This document shows positions 50,030-64,000 of a stretch of 64,000 nt of DNA, piece after piece. Location: contig JAWQFM010000004.1 in the NCBI GenBank assembly GCA_033442325.1, forward strand, positions 121,510 through 185,509. Reading direction: 5' to 3'. The position numbers and the translations under genes were made by a program. The stretch's first letter is position 1, and each line of letters opens with the position of its first letter. Origin of the DNA: Salpingoeca rosetta (taxonomy: Eukaryota; Protista; Choanoflagellata). A model generated the notes under the pieces. It was not told the DNA's origin. It ran no database searches and was given only the letters and a program-made list of their open reading frames with translations.

Positions 50030-50622
50030 TACACACACACACACACACACACACCTGGCTTGAAGCGATGATGGTTGGTGGGAGCCGTCAGGGCCAATGA
50101 TTTCCAGCATGTCAATGCTGAAGAAGGATGCGAGCGCTTCACTCGCAAACGGGAGGTATGCCATGCGCGGCACCATCATCTGCCAATCAACAACACAGCA
50201 GCACGACAGTGCAAGGGTAAACAATGTGTGCACAAATAGGTGCAAGTTCAGGGTGGTGGAGCCATCAGGGAGACATGAGGGAGGGGAGGTGGATGATGGA
50301 GTATGGGGTGCATTTGCTGCGAGATGCACCTGCAAACACAGCATCCCACTGTTGTGTTGTGTTTCATGTGTACGTACGTAGCAAGTGGTGTCCGTGCGCC
50401 GGGGCTTGCTGGATGCGCCATGCCGCGGCTCATCTGCTTCAGAAAGCTTGAACGCGATGGGAACGCGGTTGGTCCACAGCTAATGGATCGCGCGAAAGGC
50501 AGAAGCAGGAAGCATGTGAGGCAGAGAAGGATGAGGGACAGGAATGAGGGAGGGGGTGGGGGGAGGGACAACAACCATCCACGTCCATCCAAACCAACCT
50601 GTCTCTCGACTGCTTCATCCAT
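47670..50622 (-). CDS. ATG5: Autophagy protein ATG5
   Basis: LWTNRVPIAF, MMVPRMAYLP, LWFEFKGYPLKW-HVPVGVLFD, PWEITVH, LKEACFIK (conjugation Lys), LWSGL, [27 protein letters not shown]. Confidence 0.95.
48226..48498. repeat. (GAGT)n tetranucleotide microsatellite in an ATG5 intron
   Basis: Long near-perfect GAGT array with one short interruption. Confidence 0.95.
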
Positions 50623-50637
50623 ATTTTCATTGGAGCG

Positions 50638-50688
50638 CACTTGCCAATTGCGACGCTGAGGATTGCAATTGGCAAAACCACGGTCGTC
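50638..50688. repeat. 51-bp palindromic direct repeat, copy A (just upstream of the ATG5 start)
   Basis: cacTTGCCAATTGCgacgctgaggattGCAATTGGCAAaaccacggtcgtc: 11-bp perfect inverted repeat with a 13-nt loop; 49/51 identical to 58774-58824. Confidence 0.92.
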
Positions 50689-50850
50689 GAGCAACTTGCA
50701 AGCAAGGCAACCAGTCTCAAGTCAAACAACAGTGCAAGACTTCAGCGAGTACTAGTAGGCGAGTCAAAGAAAGAAAGAACAGAAGAACACTACAGAGACA
50801 GACAGATATGTGACGGTGACAAGTTGTTGTTGAAGTTGTTGTTGTGAGTC

Positions 50851-50921
<71 letters not shown>
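50851..50921. repeat. (TTG)n, i.e. (CAA)n on the minus strand, at the 3' end of the nuclease-kinase unit
   Basis: Perfect trinucleotide run next to the repeated 3' flank. Confidence 0.9.
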
Positions 50922-50923
50922 GC

Positions 50924-51055
50924 GTGTGTGGTTGATTGTGTACGAGGATTCAGGGCCATTTAATGCATCACAATTCACACACAAAACACGAACATCACAC
51001 TACTCAAGGGTCGCTTTAAAGAGGGAAGCAACCATCATCGTCTCCAGCCCCACAA
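50924..51055 (-). repeat. Repeated 3' flank/UTR of the nuclease-kinase gene (second copy at 37-177)
   Basis: Near-identical to the reverse complement of 37-177. Confidence 0.9.
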
Positions 51056-51199
51056 CACACACACACACCCGCACGCATATCCATTCAAACAACGCACACA
51101 CATGAACCTTCTCGCACTCATACACACACGTGCGCGCGCACTTTCCCACTCTGTCCATGCCACACACACACACACACAACCACACGCAGCGCACTCCAT

Positions 51200-53009
51200 T
51201 TAGAAGTACGCGCAAGCAATGTGCTGCATAATGTTGCGCAGCAGAGCTGCTGTCTCCTCCTTCTTGTCGTCGTCGCTCTTGTCCTGCAGCGCTGCTGTCT
51301 CCTCCTTCTTGTCTTCGTCGCTCTTGTCCTGCAGCGCTGCTGTCTCCTCCTTCTTGTCGTCGTCGCTCTTGTCCTGCAGTGCTGCTGTCGCCTGCTTCTC
51401 GTCCTTGTCCAGCTTGTCCAGCTTGGCGTCAAGCCACTCCAGCAGGATCACCTTGCCCTGTAACAGCCGGAACATGGCGTTGGCAACAGAATCATCCCAG
51501 AACACGTACGAAAACAGCAGCGATTCCCAATCCAGAACAACTTTTGGATAATAGTCCGTTGCCTTTCCAAGCAGCCACTTGCGAGGGCGCTCCCGTAGCT
51601 TCGTGGAATAAGATTTGGGAAGCTTCTTCTTCTTCTTCTGTTCAGGGTCACTGACAGGGCTATGGAGGAAACCAAAGTCGACGATGCAGCCGTTGCGCAG
51701 GATGTTGTGCGAGCGAATGTCGCAGTGGCATAGATCCCTTTTCGACAAGCGGAGGAGGTACTCAGCAGCGGCCTCAAGCACCTGCCCGTCGTCCATGTCC
51801 TCGCTCTCGACGTTCTCGACCGTTATATGATTCGATAGGTCGGGACAGGCAAACACGGGGCGTGACCGCTCGTGCACTTTCACCGGTTCCTCTGGATAGA
51901 CGTGTTGCCAGCCTTTCCGTTCGTTGCTAGCCTCATTGGCAGCGCCAATCTCGTGGCCGCCGCACACCTTCAACACCTCGCCGTTAACCAGTGCAACCGA
52001 CACAGTCTTCTTGCCGCCTTTGAAGACGCACATCTCGTATCTCGCGGCAACTCTGGCAGACCTCGCCCGTGCTGCTTTGGTGACCGCAAGCTGATGCTGC
52101 TCCTGCTTGCTGCTGTCTGCTGTGTCAGTCTTGGTGGCTGCCTTGGTGTGCTTGGGCACTGTTGCTGGTGTGGTGGGGGAACCTGCTGCCTGTGCGTGCT
52201 GCCGCTGCCGTTGAGGCGGCGTTGGGCTCCTGCTTCGGCCTGCCTGCTGACGCCGCTGTGCTGTGGATGGGCGGGCCTTCTTCTTGCCCGAATCAGAACG
52301 CCCGGTGCCGCGTGTTTGTGACACCCTGGAGACGCTGCGAGTTATGGGCCTGTCTCCCTTTGCCTGCTGACGCTGCTGCTGCTTTCTTGGGGGTTTGGAC
52401 TTGGGCTTGGTTTTGCCTGTGGCTGTCTTTGTGCCTGGTGCCTGTGCGTGCTGCTGCTGCGGCGGCGGCGGCGGGGACTCTGACTGGGCTGCTTCTTCCT
52501 TGTCGCTGGTGCTGGCGCTGCTTGTGGTCGCGTTGCCATTCTCGTTAGGGTGTTCCTCAAGGGTGGAGAGACGGCCCTGTGTCAGATGTGTGTGTGTGTG
52601 TGTCAGGTGTGTGGTTGTGTATGTGTGTGTGTGTAAGGTGAGTGGCATCGTTAATTGTTGTTGAACGGAAGAAAGAAGACACATACACACGTACACAGGA
52701 CATGTGTGATGATGAATGTGTTGCAAGCGAGCAAGAGCGCAAGAGAGCTGGAGGACACGACATCACGCCTGCTATGGGTACCTGGGCAATGGCGGAAATA
52801 TTCTCGTAATGCGCCATGTGCTCTTCGTCAAGCAGCCACTCAATGACATTCCCGAGTTTCTCCAACTAAAGTCCACAGCACAGGAAACCAATGTGAGCGC
52901 AGCGTCCAACGACGATTAGCAGTATACAAGGCAACGGCCAGTCGACAGCAACTGCACAGATGCACGTGCGAGACCTGTTGTAATAAACACATGCACACCC
53001 ACACCCACT

Positions 53010-53084
<75 letters not shown>

Positions 53085-54100
53085 CGCACACCCTTCTTCT
53101 CTGTTCGCACATGCGGTGGCAACTCACGTCGGTGTCGCAAAGTTTTGTGTGGAGAACGCTGGGAAAGGCCTCGTCGCCGTGCACCTCATCGCCCAGCGTG
53201 CACGCGTACACGGACACCTTCTTCCCGCAGACGGTGATGGCAAAGGGAAACAAATACCCTTTCAAAGCACGCCACTGCGATCCCGCAGACTTGATGGCCC
53301 GTGATGCGTACTCCAGCACCTGCGCCTTGGCAGCATCCTGTGTCTGCTTGCTGTCATCGATCTTGAGCTCAAGCAACAGCGGGTAGAAGAAGTAGTTTGA
53401 CATCAGACGCACAACATAGTCGGCGACAACAGCGGGGTCACTCTCAAATGATGCGTGACTCTTGACGTCCACTTTTGCATCACCACACGCCCTGATGAGG
53501 GGCGCTTGCATACGGTCGTTGAAGAGCGTCTCTCGCTTCGGAACGAGAAAGCCAAAGCCTGCAGTGCGGTGGGCATGCATGGTGCAGCGTCGGTGTGAGC
53601 GACAGAGAGGTATTCCCTTCCAGTGCCAGCACACCCGCGCACGAGTGCCAAAGACTCAACCATCATGCATCAGCACCGACACACAAACACACACACGCAC
53701 ACATGCCACGTTCTCTCGTGGAAAGGACGCTCACATGTGCACGTGTACACAGCAAGCAAGCACATGCTCGACAATGACCTTACCCCTCTTTGTGCCCTGA
53801 TCGACTGCCCGTTGAAACCCCTCGTTGTGCAGGTGCCAGTTGGGGCAGAGAAGCTCGGCAGAGAACGGCTGCGCATAGACTGTTCTGTGGGCTGAGTCCT
53901 TGTCCTTCTCCTTCTCCTTGGCAGCGCTGCTGGGGGTTACGCTTGACTCCAAAGCTGCCACGAACCACACCAAACAGCCAGTATGAGTTCAAAACAACCC
54001 GCAAGCAACGTGTCAGTCAACCAGAGTGCCCAAGCGCAGGGCCGCTCGCAGTAATCTAACAACACCGATGCACACACACACACATACACAGACACACACA

Positions 54101-54137
<37 letters not shown>

Positions 54138-54949
54138 GCATCAGCCCATTTGGTCACGCAGCCGCACATGCAAGGCAGAGTGAGACAGGCGCACCTTGTC
54201 GAAACTGCCGTTGCTCTTCGGACAGCCCTTTGCGTGTCACGTTGTCAAGCTTCTGAAGGAAGTCTTCCACGTCGTCCATTGGTATCTGCTTTTTCTCATC
54301 CAGCACACTGCGGACTTGCTGGAGCAGGTTCTTGATGTTTTGCGTGTAGGGCTCCTCCAGCAAGCTCTTGACATAATTCTTTGCCTTATATTTTGGTGAC
54401 ACAGGAGAGGCTTTGAGGTCGTACTTGGCGGCGATTGTTTTGATCTGCTCGACAGAGGTGTGGTAGTCTGAGTCGGGGCCTAGCTGAGCGTCCCCCAAAA
54501 GGTTGTTGAACTCGTCTGTTGCTGCTTGCAAATATGCGCGCGCAAGAACGCCAGCCTGAAAGGACAGAGGGCGGGTCGATTGAATGAAGTACAGCAGGTG
54601 CCCACAAAGTGAGAGTATGGCTGGTGTGCACGTACACAATTTTGGCGCCAAGAGCGTGTTGATGATGGTTTCCGAGTGCACACGCACACACATGCACACA
54701 TACATACACACATATATACACACAAACGTAAACATACACACAGGTGCACACTCACACATACACAGGTGCACACACTCACACATACACAGGTGCGCACATG
54801 TACATGCACATAACCATACACTCATACACGCGCCCTCTCGGGCTATCGCCACACGTTTGCACACAACCCAAACAATAACTCACGTCGTTTGTCGACAGGC
54901 TTGTCATGAGCTCAGGCTCTTTGGTTTTCCCCTTTTCAGAGCTGGACAT
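51200..54949 (-). CDS. Crinkler/RHS-like protein: helical N-terminal header + PD-(D/E)XK restriction-endonuclease-fold domain + divergent protein kinase (about 6 exons)
   Basis: Exons splice in frame from MSSSEKGKTK (54949). Nuclease-like VADYVV..PLLLELK..AKAQVLEYA..FPFAITVCG (D..ExK..QxxxY). Kinase VLKV..E..LCHCDIRSHNIL..IVDFGF..DWESL. C-terminal 3x TAALQDKSDDDKKEE. Confidence 0.72.
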
Positions 54950-55445
54950 TGCGGTACTGTTGTTTGAATCCTCTCCCTTGCATCGTGCATCATGTGTGTG
55001 TGTGTGTGTGTGTGTGCAGGCGTACATGTGTGAGAAACAAAAAGCGCGCGCATTTGTGCTAGCAGGCGAGTGCTTCGACAACAAGTGATGCTGGGCCGTC
55101 ACCGTTGCACACGCTGCGTGCGCTGCAAGGCACGTTGAACGGCTCCCTCCCCATCGCTTGCTCAGCCCTCAATCGCCCACCACACTTTGTCAGATGGCCT
55201 CACCGGTGTCGAAGCCTGCGCGGCTGTCATCTTGAGTGTCTGCGATTGTCTTGTTGTCTTGTCGCGGGCGGTGGTAGCAGTTGATGTTGGTGGTGTTTCG
55301 TTTTTGAAAATCGAGCGAGGGAAAATGGCAAACCACAGGCGAAAAAATGATGATGATATTCATGATTCCTCGACAACAGCAGTTGTCTGCTTTGCTGTGG
55401 GCGTAACTGTCGTCGGCGGACTGTCTGTCTCTGTCTTGTCTCTGT

Positions 55446-57186
55446 ATGGGCACGGCCATGGTTCGACGTGCATCGATGTGCCGCAGAGGTGCTGTGGTGG
55501 CTGTTCTTGTCGCTATTGCTGCTGCTGCTGCTGCTGCTGTGCTCATGGCTAAACCCGCAACTGCCCAGAACACCACCACCACCATCACTCTTCCGACGAC
55601 GACCACCACAACAGCTGCAGTAACAGCAACTTAACAAGTGCACTGTCAGCAACTTGAACAACAACAAGAACACCCGCGTTTGCGCAGGTGCGGAGCCGAC
55701 ATCCATGCGCAACCTCGTTTGCTGAGTATAGCGGCGGAGTGTGACGCAACCTGCTGCTGTGATCCGTCATGCACGACGCTGGTGAAAGTGCGCTTTGCCT
55801 ACTGCAACACGCCAGACATCAAGCCCTGGCGCAGGTGCGTGTACGACGACTTCTTCGTCACCAACGAGGGCAGGAACCAGGCCATCCAAGTAGCAGAGGA
55901 CAGCAGCATCGCGTGCGTGCTGGTCGACAACACAAATGACCGCATCTCGTTCAGAGAGCCGCGCACGCCGCTCAATGACGCCGCGTTCCAGGCATTCGCA
56001 GACGCTGCACGCCCCCGCCCCATATCCTTCAGCCTCGAGACGCTGCAGTACACGCCGGAGGCCAAGACCCTTTCCAGTTTTACGTCACGTATGGCGGGAT
56101 CGTGTACATCATGCAGGACAGCACGACGCTCACACCGCTTCATGCAGGACAGCACGACGCTCACACCGCTGCCATTTCCCGCCGACACGCTGCAGGAAGG
56201 GGAGGTGCACCACGCAATCCCACCCGTATCATCACAGCGGCAGACGATGCCGAGCGTGTTTGGGCAATGTGCAGCCCTAGCGGCGACCTTGATGTGCCTG
56301 TGCAGCCCTAGCGGCGACCTTGATGTGCCGGTCCCGACAGATACCGCGGTCCTGGCAGCATACACTAGTCGAGACCTTGGGAAGGAGGAGGGAGGAAGGG
56401 GAACTGATGTGGTGTTGTGTGTGGTGTGTGTGTGTGTGTGGAAGTGTTTGTGTGCGTATGTGTCTGTGTGTGTGATGTGTTGTGTGAGGAGTGTTTGGTG
56501 TGTGTGTGTGTATGAGTGTCTCATTGTCTGTGCTGTGACTTCACATGACCTCGCATGGCATTTTCCCGGCCTTGCTTTGCCTTTACAGGTGGATGTGATG
56601 GTGATTGCACCATCCATTACAACGCATCCACCCAACACTGCATCAACGCTGTGCAAAAGGTGTCGTGTATGTCTCTGTGCTGTGTGCTGCGTGTCTGTGT
56701 GCTGTGCCTCTGTGTATGTATGTGCTGTGTGTGCATGCGCGTGTCTCTCTCTCCGCCCTTTGTTTCCGTCCGTCCCTCTGTGTGTGCCTTCCCTTGTTGC
56801 GCCTTGCTGCCAACACCATCCCTCCATTGCTGCACGGCCCCTGGTGCCAGGTCGAGTACACCATCCAGCTTGGCCTCACCACCATCTCCTCCCTCAATGT
56901 TGCCGTGACCGTCGCTTCCTTTGACGCCTCGGCTACCCGCACGTGGTGTGTTCATCTGTGTGTGTGCGTGTGTGTCTGTGTGTGTGTGTACGTATGTGTG
57001 TGCGTCTGTGATGGGATGAGTTGTTTGTTTTGTTTGTTTGTTTTGTTTGTTTGTTTGTTTGTTTGTTTGTTTTGTTTGTGTGTTTTGTCTAGAGTCCGTT
57101 CGTTCACACGCCTGTTCGCTTGTGACGCATGCTTGGCTGTGCGAGCACACTCATTTTCATTGTCATGCACCTGCGTTGATGTTGGT

Positions 57187-57245
<59 letters not shown>

Positions 57246-57543
57246 ACATGCATACGCCACATACACGCAAACATACACGCACACACACCCCTGCATTTGC
57301 GCACCCCCCCCCCCTTCCACAGGCCGCAGCGGTATTCTTTAACCACACGCTCAAGCAGCAACGGCAGCAACGGGCACCAACACGCCGCAGTGGTGTGGAT
57401 GCTGCTCTGTTCATGCACGTACCACATGATCGCACGCTCACCCCGTTCGTGTATGACGGACGTGGTTCTATGGCTGCCAACGCGTTCCGATCAACAGCAA
57501 TGTCAACGCGTACCCGCGCCAGGCTACCTTGCAACTGCACCAG

Positions 57544-57583
<40 letters not shown>

Positions 57584-58410
57584 TCGCGACTGTCCCCAAC
57601 CTTCAAAGCGTCTGCCTATCGCCCTCTCCCTCCTCTTTGTCCTCCTGCCCACGCTCATCCTTTGGCTGTTAACCACTTGTCTGTCCCCTCTCCCCCTACG
57701 ACAATACAAACCAGCTTCAAAACCTTGTCACCTTTGACGACGTGTTCACTACACTGCGTCACATCCGCAGACGAACACCAGGTGTGCTTAGTGTGCGTGT
57801 GTGAGTGTTCATGCACAAGTGCGAGTGCGTGTGTGTATGTGCGTGCATGTGTGTTTGTGTGCCGATAGCCTCACTCATTCACTCACACACACACACACAC
57901 ACACACACTCACTCACTCACACACACTCACTCACACACTCCCCCCCCCACACAGGCACACACTCACTCGGGACGGCGCTGAAGTATACACCCACGTATAC
58001 GTATACATACGCATACACACACGCGCGTGCGCTCTCGCGCGTACACATTTACAGTTTGAATGTGCCCACCTCCTTGTGCAGCGTTTCGCGATACCTGTAC
58101 TCGTTGAAGTCCTTTTGCGTGTCCAGTCGGTGTCAGCGTGGCCAGCAGGGTCTGATACAACATGCTATGCAACATGCATCCCAAGGGTTCAGCTCACCGC
58201 AGCATGTGTGCGCACAGGCAAGGGCAACAACACAACGGGCAGCTCCTCAGCTCATCACCACACACTCATACTCGAAGAACGCACCCACACCCACACCCAC
58301 ACCTTGGTCTTGTCTTCGCAGAGGGCAAGAGCAAGGCCCAGAAGGCGGTGCCAGTGCTCTTGCTCTGCAGTGACGATTTGGTTCAGGGCGAGCTGTCCGA
58401 GGGAGCGTAG
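55446..58410 (+). pseudogene. Degenerate tectonic (TCTN) family copy
   Basis: Signal-peptide/Thr-rich start, tectonic signature CDATCCCDPSC, CVLVDN and CINAVQK-VEYTI. Disrupted by an in-frame TAA at 55632, frameshifts and two 31-bp tandem duplications; no SGNPGY motif seen. The 3' boundary is uncertain. Confidence 0.55.
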
Positions 58411-58582
58411 CGCACCCAGCGCATTTCAGTAGTTGCCTGCAAGCACACAAGAGCGAGGGTGGGTCGACACAGGTGGGACTGGGGGGGGGGGGAGGGAGTT
58501 GGCAGAACGAGTCTAGTCAACGAGCAGAGGGCAAACGGGAGCTGGGGAGGGAGAGTGAAAGAGTGAAAAATGATGTGACATA

Positions 58583-58669
<87 letters not shown>

Positions 58670-58670
58670 C

Positions 58671-58701
<31 letters not shown>

Positions 58702-58773
58702 AACACACACACACACACACATACGCGTCCCCGCTGACAAACTTGACAAAGAACTAAACTGAGCACGAGTGGC

Positions 58774-58824
58774 CACTTGCCAATTGCTACGCTGAGGATT
58801 GCAATTGGCAAAACCACCGTCGTC
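58774..58824. repeat. 51-bp palindromic direct repeat, copy B (upstream of TBC1D32)
   Basis: cacttgccaattgctacgctgaggattgcaattggcaaaaccaccgtcgtc, in the same orientation as copy A. Confidence 0.92.
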
Positions 58825-58980
58825 ACCAACGACCGCGCACAGCAGAGCAAACAACCAAGAGCAGCAGCACCACATCACACGAGGCAAGCAAGTAGGCAAG
58901 CAAGCGCGCGCGAAGGTGCGTGTAGATGGGTGTGGCAGCAGACGGGCGGCGTGCAAGTAGGAGCGGAAGGCGGCCAGGAC

Positions 58981-64000
<5,020 letters not shown>

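Noticed and set aside
50851-54949. Non-LTR retrotransposon reading of the kinase unit because of the (CAA)n tail
   Set aside because: No reverse transcriptase motifs, and the gene keeps spliceosomal introns.
55630-55640. Programmed stop readthrough in tectonic
   Set aside because: The stop is TAA and comes with several frameshifts, which fits decay better.
50638-58824. CRISPR-like or transposon terminal inverted repeat reading of the palindromic repeats
   Set aside because: There are only two copies, 8 kb apart and in direct orientation, with no spacer array, cas genes or transposase.

Overview
Eukaryotic, intron-rich DNA whose short GT-AG introns are filled with (CA/TG)n, (GAGT)n and (CAA)n microsatellites. 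Gene content and style point to a choanoflagellate, most like Salpingoeca rosetta (inference). Most ORFs in the track are microsatellite artefacts, so genes were rebuilt by splicing exons by eye and inner boundaries are approximate. Left to right: (1) a secreted VWA / cadherin-like / triple cubilin-N-terminus-like / L-domain solenoid protein; (2) an ankyrin-discoidin-SAM protein; (3, 4) a head-to-head pair of large dermatopontin-domain genes, one a type-I membrane protein with a Bacteroidetes-like core and a SEA domain, the other secreted with 3 dermatopontin domains, 7 six-Cys sushi modules, PAN and NHL repeats; (5) DDX5/DBP2 with its conserved long intron; (6, 7) OCIAD1 and TRIAP1/MDM35 head-to-head; (8) ATG5; (9) a Crinkler/RHS-type restriction-endonuclease-fold + kinase gene whose 3' flank recurs at the window start; (10) a decayed tectonic copy; (11) the 5' part of TBC1D32/BROMI. 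Genes 9 and 10 lie between two copies of a 51-bp palindromic direct repeat. The best candidates for new biology are the divergent dermatopontin pair and the repeat-flanked nuclease-kinase cassette.
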